DNA from: Octopus vulgaris
Taxonomy: Eukaryota
Direction: 5' to 3'
DNA length: 64,000 bases
Assembly (NCBI GenBank): GCA_951406725.2
Contig: OX597818.1
Coordinates: forward strand, 29,760,001 to 29,824,000
Shown: in pieces, positions 41,523-54,527 of the stretch
How positions within the stretch are numbered: the first letter of the stretch is position 1
How the letters are laid out: the number at the start of each line of letters is the position of its first letter
Translations under genes and position numbers: made by a program
The notes under the pieces: model-generated
The model's database searches: none
The model's input: the letters and a program-made list of their open reading frames with translations, nothing else
Told to the model about the DNA's origin: nothing

Positions 41523-43161
41523 GTAAGACCTCAAAACACCTAACATGATTTTTAACACTAACCATTTTATTTGTCCTTTTTGAGGGAACTTTTACAAATT
41601 AATGGTAGTGAGTGTGGAAAGGCTGTTTCTTATTAGAAATTGGTTGTCATCTTGAATGATTTTTCCTTCGGTCATGTCTTAGTTCTGTTCAAATTTGACT
41701 TGGTGTGGAGTTTCTTGTAAATCTAATCTTCAAAATATATATATATATATAGAGAGAGAGTGTGAGATAAGGAATAAATGCTTAATCACTAGACATAATG
41801 GATTGGGTATTTTATTGCTCTGCTAAACAGTATCTAGAATAAGTTAATGCCATTTCCAAGTAATTTCAGATAATGTAAAGAAAATTTTTTAAACCTATTT
41901 CGTTACAGTTTTGTATATTAGATTAAAAAAAAACATTTTTTAGCTCCATTCCTTATTTAGTCTATGTACAAGGCTTAGTTGGATTAATATTTTTAAATGT
42001 GTAAGTTTTCATAAACCAGTAAGCTAAAAATAGCCCAAATATTAGATTAGTGATGTCTGTAAAACTGAAAGTAACATTTAAATCTAATATGTCTACTAAA
42101 AGGAAATTACCTACTAGTTTTTTTTTTTTTTTTTTTTTTTTTTCTCAAGTGATTTCTGACCTAAATCAGAATTCTTGTAACATTGATGTAAACTTGGTCT
42201 AACATTACTAATGTAATGGTGCTTTCTATTTTTTGAATTTATTTTAACTGCCTAATCAAAGTGCCCAACTTTTAATCATTAATAACACAACTTTGGTACA
42301 CCCAATTAATTGGCTTGGTGTTGGATTATACTGACAATACTACTTCATCTTGTGATGGTTTAAATTTTTATTTCACACAGCAGGTACACAATTTAAGTAT
42401 TTGAATAGGTATCATTGGGGGGGGGCTCTCGGCTTTAAATTCGATTTATAAAGGTGCATGCATGGATGTGCAGTTAGGTTTGCTTCCTAGCTGTGTGAGT
42501 TTTGGTTCAGTCCCACTGCTGAGTACCTTGGTGTTTTATATAGCCCCCAGCCATACATAGGCTTTGTGAGTGAATTTGGGAGGCAGAACCTAGAAGCCTG
42601 CTGTGTTTTACATTTGCACTCAGTTGCTACTAGTGGTTTTGTCGTGAGCCAAATTACCTGATTTCATATTTTTAAAGGTGTGAAAAACTGCGGGTTTGCA
42701 ACAGAAGTCATCGGGCTAATTAGAAAATACCCAAGCTGATTTTTGACATTTTTATTTCTTAGAGTAATGCTGCTGGGTAGTGAACATGGTATTTCATAGC
42801 GAAGAGTATCTGAACTTCAATCCAGTTACAGCTACAATTTGTCATTCTTTTGCATTCCTGTGAAAATGTGTAGTAAAAACTGCTAGTGTAGTAACTCCTT
42901 GTTCTTCTTAGCACTGAGTGTACTCAAAACTGAAACTTTATATATACAGCACAGTTGCTCTGATTCAAAACCTGGCCTCTTTAGGAAGACAAATTCTTTG
43001 GTCATACTTTAAGTCATGTAAACCTCAAATTTGATAGAAATTTTAAAATGTTAACTCTTTATAACATCTTAGTTCTTAAATAGAATTCAAAGACCTGATT
43101 GTAAAATGATATAAGTTAGATTATGCATTTAGAACTTATATCTGAACTTTTCCTTTTTCAG

Positions 43162-43197
43162 TCCGATCAAGGGAAGAAGGACTGTAAGCAACAATGA
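43162..43197 (+). CDS. NAP1L1: NAP1-like final coding exon (SDQGKKDCKQQ*)
   Basis: tttttcag| acceptor; ends with the conserved CKQQ CaaX motif and TGA. Confidence 0.93.
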   Translation, partial: SDQGKKDCKQQ

Positions 43198-43801
43198 ACC
43201 AGTGTGAGATGTCAAACTGAAACCATCAACTTAGAAAATGGCCAAAGGAACATTTGACCAATAATGGGTCACCACTCTTCATTCTGCAATGTCAAATATT
43301 ATAAATGGGGAGGGTGGGAAATTGAGAAGTTTTTTTTCTCAGTTTACAGTGTTGGCATATAAAAACTGACCTGTTAAGACTGATTGAGGTGGGTTACAAT
43401 TAACCAGACATGAAATAGAAGTTGGTTTTTTTTTTCTTCACCTTACCAAAGATTAAGATATTGTGACCAAGAACACTTCAAGGAATATCTTATTCCTTTA
43501 TAAATTAACTTGAATTTTCTTGTGCTTAATCTCTTTCTCAAAGAGAAGAACATGAGGGATAAAAGCTGCTTCTAGAAACTGAACAAAATAAACTTCCAAT
43601 GTTGTGCACGTGTGCTTTTCATGGTCTACTTATTTGTTTTATTTTAATCTTTCTGTCTGTGCACTTGATTCCTTGGCCATAGCTACAGGTTTTTAACCAT
43701 GTTTAAGTCAAAACATTGGAAATTTATTTTGTGCAAAAAAAAAAAAGAAAAAATTTTAAAAATTGACCCTCTCCATGCAATCTTTTCTGGAATATTCTTT
43801 G

Positions 43802-43807
43802 AATAAA
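43802..43807 (+). terminator. Polyadenylation signal of the NAP1-like gene (a second AATAAA at 43587)
   Basis: AATAAA about 600 nt after the stop, followed by a T/GT-rich downstream element at 43830-43860. Confidence 0.6.
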
Positions 43808-44228
43808 GACATATTTTGACTTAGTTAACTTTCAATTTTGTTAATTTCTTTTTTGTGTTTACCATTATAGTTTCCTTTTAAATGGGTGGAACTGGATTTT
43901 TGTTTTAGGAATGTGTATATAATTGTTTTTTTTTAATGTTCGGATTGAAGCTGACGTGTTTACTTCAGGTTGCAGATAACAATTGTGAGAAGTAATTGTC
44001 TATGATAGTTGAGTCGAGGTTTATTCCCCACTCTCTGTAAATCCAGTTTCTTATAGCGTATCTGATTTACACATTAAGGATTTTATATAAATGCAATAAG
44101 TTATTTAATTTTGATAAATTTGTACTGATTTTAGGTGATTTGAGAACAGTTGCCACAAATTTGATCTTCAATTTTATGAACTTATTGATTCATTATTAAC
44201 AAAGTTTACGGTAGACATATACATACAT

Positions 44229-44911
44229 ACCAGGTGTTCAAAAGCAGCTGGAGACATTGTGGGACAAACTCGTTCAGACTTCTTCTGACCAGCACCATCC
44301 AGTGGGGTTATATTTCTTGCAGTGCTTCTCCCCTGTTCCTTCATTTTATCCATTACAAAAGACAGGTGAGCTTCCATGAAATTCTGTTTTTTGTCTGGAA
44401 AACAGCGGCCGAAACAGTTGTCATTGCTTCAAACAGCTTACAACAATGCTGCCATAAGCAAAACACAAGTTCGAGTGGTTTTCACTTGTTGCTTGAGGAC
44501 CAGCTTCGTTCAGGGCAGCCATCGGCCTCTTGAACAATTGAAAATACATGAACTGATCTTGCAGAACTCTGTCACTGAACAATTGACGAACTTGATATGA
44601 TTGGTGTGTCCTGGAGCTCTCATTAATGAGTTTTGAGTGAGGAATTGCATATGAAAAGAGTGCAAAATTTGCTCCTTGCTTGCTCGCATATCAACTGCAG
44701 TCATGAATTGAAGGGACACTATGGAATTTGCAGAGGTGAAGATGGAATTATGGTGGCATTAAAAGGGTTCCAGTACTGCTTTGAACGGTTGAAAATGTGC
44801 CTGGACCAGTGCATTGCTTTAAATAGAGAATACCCTGAAGGCAGCAAAATTAAACGTGTAAAACTAAGTGAATAACATTGCAAAATTAGTTTCTTTTGGG
44901 TACCTCCAGTA
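44229..44911 (+). mobile_element. Internally deleted mariner element
   Basis: KFCFL.GKTAAET...LQTAYNNAAISKTQV, LEDQLRSGQPS and C-terminal FQYCFERLKMCLDQCIALNREYPEG. Confidence 0.75.
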
Positions 44912-46931
44912 CATACGTTTAAAATATGATTGTATACTGGAATATTTGCTTTTAACAATTCTAATTGATTTCTATTTATTTCATAATTTTGTTGCTCCAT
45001 AACTTAGAATTTTCTTCCATTCTTTCTATTAGCTCAAGAGAAAGTTTGCTGTCACTTGATTTGTGCATGTGATTGCACTCCATTGTCCTTGTGTAATTTA
45101 AAAGATAATTGAAATTAATGAAGTACTAAGCAAAAAAAAAAATTTTAAATATAATGAAATGTGTAAGTACTTCAGTTCTCATAAATGGTGTACACCACAG
45201 GATAACTTTAAAAGGTTAAGAATAGAAGTAACCATTGTGATTCTTGAGGTCAGGTACTGTGATAATGAAGTGAACAAAAGTAATATTTTATTAAAATGCA
45301 TAAATATGGAATTTAAGATTTTTATTTAACGTCTGTTGTCCATGCTGGCACACTGGAAGGCTGCACCAGGCTCCAGTCTGATTTGGCATGGTTTTCTATG
45401 GCTGGATTCCTTTCCTAATGCCAACCTCTGAGAATGTAATGCATGCTTTTATGTGCCATTTGCATGACACCAGTGTCTGCTGCAACTGCAATTTTGTTCC
45501 AGATGGAAGTTCTTTCATTTTAAAACCTTCAAATAATTAGATACCTATAGGGTGCTATTTGGTTAATGTATTTTCTGGTATACCTTTCAAAATTTATGCT
45601 AACTGGTTTTACTTAGTGTGGTACTCTAGTATGGTCACAACCGAGTGGTTTACTCAAATTGAGAACTATCCACTTCTTTGTTTTCTCTCTAAAAGTGTTA
45701 TTCATGAGTCTCTAAGCCAATACTAGATGCCTTGCGCTTGCAAGAACTTGGTGGCCCAAAGGTTATAGTGGAGAGCAATTGCCCAAGATGGCTTACAATG
45801 ACACGTCCCAAAACCTTGTCTGAGTTTTTTTTTTAATCATAATCTCTGCTTCAACCTAAAAACAGTTTTAGGTTAAGATTCAGAGATGTCACAACCTACC
45901 ATTTGTGTTCAGTTATTTTTAATTAGGTCATTTAGTTAAGATATTTTAGGGATGGTCACTGTCATGAGAAATAGCTGATTTCGATTTTGTTGCAGAAGTA
46001 GAACCTTATCGAAAAAAAAATAAAAAACCTCCACTGGTTTGTCTAGTTCTGCAGCTTTCACATGAATTTTTTTTATACATTTATACTGACAAATGTATAG
46101 AAAGTGATTCTAGTAGGACTGTTGCAAAACACTTGCTCCAGATGTTTTCATTCAGCAATTATCAGTGGTGTTCCACTTGTTACCTTGCTTCAGTTTTCTC
46201 TTCAGTATTTTATTCTGGATTATGTACAGATTATTGTAAACTAAGTTTGCATTTAGAAATGAATCCTATATCCTAGAGCAGGTAAAATTGTTTTTAGTGG
46301 TTACATCTGGTTATTTCAGATTCACATGTTCAGCTGCGTTTGAATTACCTTCTTTACATCCAAGAATTGGATCACCAGCAAGAAATTCTCTCAGCTCTGT
46401 TATTTGTCTCAATTCGTATTTTTAACTCTGCCCAGTGTAATCCATCTAGTTCAGTGGTATCTTGGTTGACGAATTGCAGTCCCTAACAAAAATCTGTTAT
46501 CTACATCCATGAGTTAAACTGTTTGACCTCATTAGACTGGCTTAAAAACTGCATCATGCTTTACTGTCTGCTTTTAGTGCGGTTTCTATGGCTGAACACC
46601 ATCCATTTTTACGAGTGGTTTTGTGGGGCCATATTAGAGAGGAATATGTGGGGGTTTTTTTTCTCTCTCTCTCTAGGCGTAAGGCCCAAAAACTTTGGAG
46701 GAGCCCCGTCGATTAGATTGGCCCCAGTACACAACTGGTACTTAATTGGATCTAGTTTTTTTTTTCATTAGCAAAATGTTTTTTTTTTTTTTTTTTTTAA
46801 GACAGTAACAAATTTTGAAAATCGACTACAGCCTTCCAGCATCGCTTTGAAGATATGTTGTGGAGAAAAAAAGTTCGAGGCTTAAAAATCGAAAAAAAAA
46901 TATAATTTTAGCCAACAGTGAGATAGAAATT

Positions 46932-47322
46932 GGATCTTTTCGGTTTGAACGGCAGTTTTTTTTAAAATAATTTCCACGTAACTAAACACTTTTAAACTTC
47001 GTATACTGGTAGAATGTGTTTATAAAACATCTTTTTCTCTTGGCTTTATTGAGAAAATTCTATGGTTTGTAAGATATTTTGTTCTGCGATTTCTACCAAT
47101 CAATGACGTCTATTGAAGGTGAAAACATTCTGTGCCGTATGAATATGTCCCTCGTTTAAGAAACAGATTGGGTTTATTTACATTTGGGGAAAAAAAAGAT
47201 ACCCCCCCCCCAAGCCTAAAACAGATTGAAATGCAATAGATCGATACTAGGGTCATAATTATGGGTGACAATTTCATGACACCGCTAGAAAAAAAAAACT
47301 ACCGTTCAAACTGAAAAGATCC
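46932..47322. mobile_element. Merlin-like MITE with 8-bp TSD
   Basis: TIRs ggatcttttcggtttgaacgg / ccgttcaaactgaaaagatcc. Perfect TSD tagaaatt at 46924-46931 and 47323-47330. GG termini with an 8-bp TSD fit Merlin. Confidence 0.8.
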
Positions 47323-48987
47323 TAGAAATTTTCTGCGTTTGTCGGAGCGGTGTTAACTTTAAGATTCTACCCTTTGAAATTTAGAGTTTAGCATCTGACC
47401 TGTTCGTTGTAGGTTTCTAAATAAACTGAAAAACCTAATAAAATCAACATGTATCATCTTACTGTTCCTTTTGTCTCTTCATTGACTATGGTTTTATTTG
47501 TTTTATTAATATATTGTCTGCATGTGCTTATGCGTATTTCAGTATTATTACCTGTCATGTATTTGTGTACATCATTAATATGTAAGTGTGTGTGTGAGAA
47601 GTGGGGCGTCTGTCTCAAACACTTCAAAGTTGAGTAAAGTTTTCACGCTTGGTTTTGTAAACTACAATAACACTAGTCAACAAACAATTTGTCAGAAAAA
47701 TATCTGTATCTTATGTTTTTGGGAAATGTTCCTAGTTAGCAACGCAGCTTCTATTATTAATGCTGAATTGCTGATTATATTTACACAAATTAATGTTGTG
47801 AGAAATCTCCTTAATTTGCAATTAAAATACTTTTAAAAAATGAGGGTAATAAGAGATGTTTAACTCAAATGTTGAAATATACACACATGTTTCTAAACTT
47901 AATTTCTCTGTGGGAGGAGAAAAAAATTGTTTTGGATCGAAGAATGAAAAAGTGGAGAGGTCATTCTTGAGTTTGTTTGATTTTCACACACGCACGATAA
48001 AGAAAACTATATTTTAACAACTTATAAATATTTTCTATGAACAATATATAGTTTATATATACACCACATGTACTTTGGACGTTTTCTTCCTTAGAAGCTT
48101 CGTTGTCGTGACAAAGTTAAAGAATTTGGAAGAATCGCGATGGAGTATTTGTTCTTCCTCATTTAAGAAATGCATGATTGTCACACAATTCCACTTCAGC
48201 TATCTCTTCATACAGACACACACATATAACTGTACATTATGTAAGTTTGTGTTCGGTATACCCGGCGTGGATAACCAGCCAAATCGAGAGCAACCTTGGT
48301 ATTTAATATATGTATCAATACAGTTATAAGTACTACGAAAATACCACAAAACTTAGCAAATGTTGAAATATATTAATGTACTTATATAAAACACACCCAC
48401 CTATACTTCGTGTAAGCTTATACTCGATATAATCGGCGTGGGTCACCTGGTAATTAATATAACAATACAATTATAGACGGTTTTACGTTTTCCACTATGT
48501 ATCACCAGGGTGCCACCAAACTTATTGAATATAAGAAGGCTGTTTTTCCTGAGATATATATTAAACAACACGTTGGCGTCTGCACTTCGTGTAAGTTTGT
48601 GCTCGATATAAACAGGCGTAGACAGCCAACTTAGTATTTTTCTGTGTTAGTATTTAAAATACTAGCGCACAGAAAAATGTAATATACTAACAAGACAGAG
48701 AAGTTAAAACAAAACGCGGGTGAAAAGAATCTCGGGGTGTGGAGAATTAAATGTAAAAATAATCAAAATAGACAACAACGACACAAACAGTGAATCACAA
48801 CGCTGCGTATGGTTGTCATGGTAACAAGCTGCTGATGCCACGCTGTTTGTTGATTGACTAAAATTACACAAATTTCCTGACTTTAATGCCAAATAACATC
48901 AGATTCTTTAATTTACAAGATAAAGTAATTGGTTGATCGTAATCAAAACCTCATAGGTCTCATTTTGCGAATCAGAAAGACGAGATC

Positions 48988-49845
48988 CCTTAATTTATCG
49001 ACCCCTAAAAGATGAAAGGGTAAGTCGACCTTGGCGGAATTTGAACTCAGAAGTAAAGACAGACGAAATACCTCTTTCTTTACTACCCACAAGGGGCTAA
49101 ACATAGAGATGACAAACGGATTAAGTCGATTATATCGACCCCAGTGCGTAACTGGTACTTAATTTCATCGACCCCGAAAGGATGAAAGGCAAAGTCGACC
49201 TCGGCGGAATTTGAACTCAGAACGTAACGGCAGACGAAATATGGCTACGCATTTCGCCCGGTATGCTAACGTTTGTGCCAGCACGCCGCCTTTAATACCT
49301 ATTTCTTTACTACGCACAAGGGGCTAAACACAGGACAGACAAACAGATTAAGTCGACCCCAGTGCGTAACTGGTACTTAATTTAATCGACTCCGAAACGA
49401 TGAAAGGCAAAGTCGACCTCGGCGGAATTTGAACTCAGAACGCAGCGACAGACGAAATACGGCTACGCATTTCGGCCGGCGTGCTAACGTTTCTGCCAGC
49501 TCGCCGCCTTTTAAAAGGATGAAAGGCAAAGTCGACCTCGGCGAAATTTGAACTCAGAACGTATAGACAGATGAAATACTGGTAAGCATTTCGCCCGGCT
49601 TGCTAACGTTTCTTATTTCTTTATTGCCTACAAGGGGATAAACATAGAGGGGACAAACAAGGACAGACAAAGGGATTAAGTCAATTACATCAACCACAGT
49701 GTGTAACTGGTACTTAATTTATCGACCACGAAAGGATGAAAGGCAAAGTCGACCTCGGCGGAATTTGAACTCAGAATGTAAAGACAGATGAAATACTGGT
49801 AAGCATTTCGCTCGGCTTGCTAACGTTTCTACCAGCTCGCCGCCT
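48988..49845 (-). repeat. Tandem/nested array of about five SINE family B units
   Basis: Repeated gatgaaaggcaaagtcgacctcggcggaatttgaactcagaac. Minus-strand tRNA-like head ggcggcgagctggcagaaacgttagc and B-box gagttcaaattcc. Confidence 0.85.
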
Positions 49846-50379
49846 TAGGGAGATGTCTTCATGCTTGTCCAGGTGTTAAAATGAGAGAAACGGGGTGGGG
49901 GTGGTTGCTGGAGAGGAGCTACATGACTACTCAGAATATTGGGTGAGGCTAGAGCAAAATAAAAGATTGTTTGTGAGGTATCTTGGTGAACATGTGAGTT
50001 GGAACAGGGAGTGCAGGTGGGAAGTTGCAAGAGTGTTGGAGAGTAATAGCTGATTAGAGAGGGCGAATATAATGAACTGATGAGAGCATAAGTAGGGAAA
50101 AGTAAGACAGTGGAATGAAGAACAGAAGGACGAGAAAGAGAGGTGACGTTTTGTTGCAAGAGTGTGGGCGAAAAGCATGTGGTGGTGAAGGTAAGTAATT
50201 TGGGCAATCAGGAGCGTAATCAATGTAAAGTATTGGCAGCGAGGGACAATATTAAGATTGAAGGATGAGTATCAACTGAAATGGTTCCGGTTAGTAAGAA
50301 AGATAAGAGGTATCTGGGAAGCGCTGATTAAATATGTCGTTCTCACATTTAATTACAGCAACTGAATACTGGAGCAAGT

Positions 50380-51187
50380 CATAGAGCACGTAGAGTGAAG
50401 CTGCTTGGCAAAGATTAACCTTGAACTCTGCTCTGCATGCGCACTAAGTTTTAACATTCTAGCTTACTTCCGCTGTTTACAGCAGTGCTTGGAAGGAACG
50501 TGTGTCGCCTGTTATTATCGCATTGGCCATGACAGACAAAGTTGTCATGGCGATACCTGCTCAGAGGCCTACACAAAGTTGCAGAAAGTGTATAGAGAGG
50601 AATGTATGAGCCGTGTACGAGTGGTTCAGACGTTTCCAAGATGGCCGAAAAAATGTTGATATTGACGAACGTTCTGGAAGGCCCGCAACCAGCAGAACTG
50701 AGAAAGGCATCGTAGATGTGCGTGCAGTTGAGAGGGGAAATCGTCGAATCACCATCCGTGAGTTATTAGAGGTTACGGTTCAGTTCAGTCCATTATCACA
50801 GAAGATTTAGGTATGAGACGCGTGTCTGCCAAGTGGCCAAATGGGCACTCGGGTTTCAGTTGCACTAGATCTCCTTGATTGTGTCGAGAACGATGAAAAC
50901 TTCTTGAAAACTCTGAGTAGGCATCTGAGCAGTTATCGCCAAGCTTTTGACAAAATTTGATGCAAATTCTCTGCTCATCTTTCTCTGTCATGGTCAGCGC
51001 GTCGATCACACGCTACACACGTTCCTTCCAAACACCGCTGTAAACAGCGAAAGTGAGCTAGAACGTTAAAGCGTTGTGAGCATGCAGAGCAGAGTTCAAG
51101 TTCAATCTGTGTCAAACAGTTTCACTCTGCATGTTTTTTAACTTCGTTACTTTGGCAACAGTCCGGATACTTATTGATCAGACCTCG

Positions 51188-51189
<2 letters not shown>
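50380..51189. mobile_element. mariner-derived fold-back element (two inverted 5' ends)
   Basis: Plus strand: CSEAYTKLQKVY and YEWFRRFQDGRKNVDIDERSGRP. Minus strand: MTEKDEQRICIKFCQKLG. Right TIR ...ttattgatcagacctcgTA. Confidence 0.85.
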
Positions 51190-51218
<29 letters not shown>

Positions 51219-51242
51219 TTACTTCGTATTCTTTTATTCTTA

Positions 51243-51428
51243 TAATTGTTTCAGTCATTTGACTGCGGCCATGTTGGAGCACCGCCTTGTAGTCGAGCAA
51301 ATCGACCCCAGGACTTATCATTTGTAAGCCTAGTACTTATTCTATCGGTCTATTTGCCAAACCGCTAAGTTACGGGGACGTAAACACACCAGCGTCGGTT
51401 GTCAAGCGATGGTGGGGGACAAACACAG

Positions 51429-51459
<31 letters not shown>

Positions 51460-51621
51460 CGACGGGCTTCTTTCTCTTTCCATCTACCAAATCCACTCAC
51501 AAGGCTTTGGTCGGCCCGAGGCTATAGTAGAAGACAATCGCCCAAGGTGCCACGCAGTAGGACTGAACCCGGAACCATGTGGTTAGTTAGCAAGCTACTT
51601 ACATACAGCCACTCCTGCGCC
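51243..51621 (-). mobile_element. SINE family A, near-consensus copy
   Basis: Full-length reverse complement of the 9020 and 57028 copies. Confidence 0.9.
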
Positions 51622-51649
51622 TATATATATTAATTTATGCGTCAAAGTG

Positions 51650-51685
<36 letters not shown>

Positions 51686-51687
<2 letters not shown>

Positions 51688-51990
51688 CGTTTTGGGATTT
51701 GGTTTGCAAGATTCTTTATATGAGTTCGTGTGTTGAAGCATATCCTGTTGTGTCTGGGGAGAGTCATTTTCTTTTTGTGCCTTATAATGTAACACACTCA
51801 CCGGTAAAATTTCCACTTATTTCTTATTTTTATTTTTATAAAATTTTCGTTGCGTCTTGCAACCTTAAAAAGGTTGCAAGATGCAACGAAAATTTTAGAA
51901 AAATAAAAATAAGAAATAAGTGGAAATTTTAACGGTAAGTGTGTTACATTATAAGGCACAAAAAAAAATGACTCTCCGCAGACACAACTG
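51686..51990. repeat. Palindromic dispersed repeat (same family as 29451-29795)
   Basis: Inverted arms of ~120 bp centred on cttgcaaccttaaaaaggttgcaag. Confidence 0.8.
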
Positions 51991-52129
51991 TATGTGTGTG
52001 CGTAATTGTTTTGCCAACCTATAAACACTATTTTACCATACGATATATATGTAATATTTCATTTGTAGGATTCTCATTTTTCAGCACCAATTCACCTCTT
52101 AATTGTGTTACTTTTTACTCCTATTTACT

Positions 52130-53200
52130 ATTTACTGTAAATCTAGAACTTCCTTATAAACAATGTTATGTCTTTTTCCTGCAGGAGTATAAATAAAAAG
52201 ATGGCGTGGACTTCCAACTCTTGTATATGCAACATACTTTTGCCCGTGTGAAAAACAATGTTCTACAAGTTGTAGCTCAGCAACATAAAACGTTTGTCCT
52301 TGTGATTTATTTATAGACATGGTAAAACTGAGTTTTACAGAAAACTTCAGGCTTTTGAATACAAAAGATATTTTTGTGTCAGATGGTATTATGAGTATAA
52401 AATCATTTCACGTGGAACAACCAGTTAAAATAGAGGCCTGAATAATATGGAGCATTAATTTTTTTTTTCTACCACCAGTCTAGTGCCATTTCAAAGCCGA
52501 GGCTGGTCAAGGTTCCGTAGTAGCATTATGGTGGCTCCACCTTTTAACAGAAGTAGTGTGGTGGGAGCCCAAGAGGTTCCAAAGAATTTAAGAATTCAAC
52601 CGGATAGTTGACAACCTCTGCAGGATCTGGAATTGAATCTACAGATTTATAAACCTTTGTAATTCCTGAATTGCAGCCTGATAGTATATTGTGCTGACAG
52701 TGGGGTTTTTTTTGTTCGTGCTGCAAGTATTGCCCCTTTTATGTAAATATGATTTTGTTAGGTGGTCCTGAAAATTTGGAAATACTTTTGCTATTAGTTC
52801 ATCGATTAATGAAACTGATGTGCTAATTAGAGATGTATCTAGACAACTATTTCTATCAAGAGTTACCCTACCTTCTCCGAGTTTCAATAAATTTTGAACA
52901 AATTTTTCAGACAAATCATCCCGAAAAAATGTGATTCATATATTCTTAGTTAGGCTCATTCTTGTTATATGTCTCCACAAATATGATGATTTCAAGCAAA
53001 CCATTAACTCATCCAATTTAGTGCTCTTTAGTATTACAGGCAAATTCTGGTGGAAGTCTCCTGATACTGCAGTGGTATTACAAATTAGTATATCGTTGTT
53101 AGATAAATTTAAGGGCAATCTGAAAGTAGAGTGAGCTGTCCGTCCTCGGAAGTATCAAAGCAGAAATCAAAGCAATTTTTTTCTTGTCGTCGAACTTGGG
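52130..53200 (-). mobile_element. Helitron RepHel PIF1-helicase remnant
   Basis: [49 protein letters not shown] and MSINKSQGQT...CFSHGQKYVAYTRV, with many frameshifts. Confidence 0.9.
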
Positions 53201-54527
53201 TACGTAACAGGTTAGTAACAAATGTTTTGCCAATAATAATAATGACGACGACTTAATTTATCGACAGGCAAAGTCGACCTCGGCAGAATTACATCATGCT
53301 GACGACAATAATAATAATAATAAAAAAAACCTTTTGAGTATAGCAACAATTTGCATGCAACAGTTTGAGTTCGTTTTTGCCAACGTATTTTTTGTTGTAA
53401 AAAGTTATTTTCAGAACAATTGGTTTGAGGAAGACCATATCCATGAAATTCATTTCCTTTCATATTTTAGCTAGAAGTGACTCTCTGGCACACTTAGTAC
53501 AAATTCTTGCTTCCCATGAGTTGCATGTAAAACGGTGGAAATAATACAAGAAACGAGCTTTCAATTAACAGCGACACTTTATTTTTCCGGTAAATAAAAC
53601 TATACAGCAAACCATATCAATACATCACGAAGAATGCTGTCAACAGAAAATCATGCATAGTTGGCTTTTCAACTCAGTTCAATTCGGTTACATGTGCTTC
53701 AACAGAAACAAAACTAATGTTACATAACTTCCTGAAAACAAACTCTTCACTCAGAATTGAAATGAAAAACAGCATGCTATTTATTCTTTTCTACTCTTGG
53801 TACAAGGCCTGAAGCTTTTGGGGAGGGGGCCAGTCGATCAGATCGACTCCAGTATGCAACTTATACTTAATTTATCGACAGGCAAAGTCAACCTCGGCAG
53901 AATTACATCATGCTGTTTGCTAACAAAAAAGAACCCAAAAAAACTAGACCAATCAAACGCTGAACTCAACCAAGTATTTCAACGTCATATGACCAATCAT
54001 TAGTAACTTACGCGTGGAGCTTTTTTTTGGGGGGGGAATTACTTAAGTTTAAAACATGCAATTATGAAATTAGTGATGGGACTAGTGAGATTCTCGGGAG
54101 AGAAAACACGAAATACAAATAGTGTAGCCAAAATTCACAATAATTGTAACAAGCAAAAAAAAAAAAGTTAAAAAATGAAGATAAAGGGGGGGAAATAAAC
54201 ACACAAAAAAATTGCAAAAACCCACTGATGTAAGAAACAGCAAAAGGAAAGTTCGTAAAAATGGAAAGAAAAAATCATGCTACACAGTTTGGAATGAAAG
54301 TCTTTAGAAAACACAAAACAGTAAAAAAAAAATAGCATGTAAGCACATATTTGGCTGGCCAATAAACTTTTCTAAATCTCTTGGTAATACGAGCAAGAGG
54401 ATATGTAATAACTGGTGTATCATTAGAAGATGGTATGTCAGATGATGTGCGAAGGATGTGTAGGTACGGGTGTCATGGGTGAAGAAGTAAGATGTTGCTC
54501 GGAAGATAAATCAATAAAAAATCCCTT

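Noticed and set aside
48988-49845. Regularly recurring repeat as a CRISPR-like array
   Set aside because: The intervening sequences are themselves homologous SINE parts, not unique spacers.
52130-53200. Host PIF1 helicase gene
   Set aside because: Intronless, riddled with frameshifts, and carries Helitron-type motifs (EFLNSL..GLPPH, FSHGQ.YVA).
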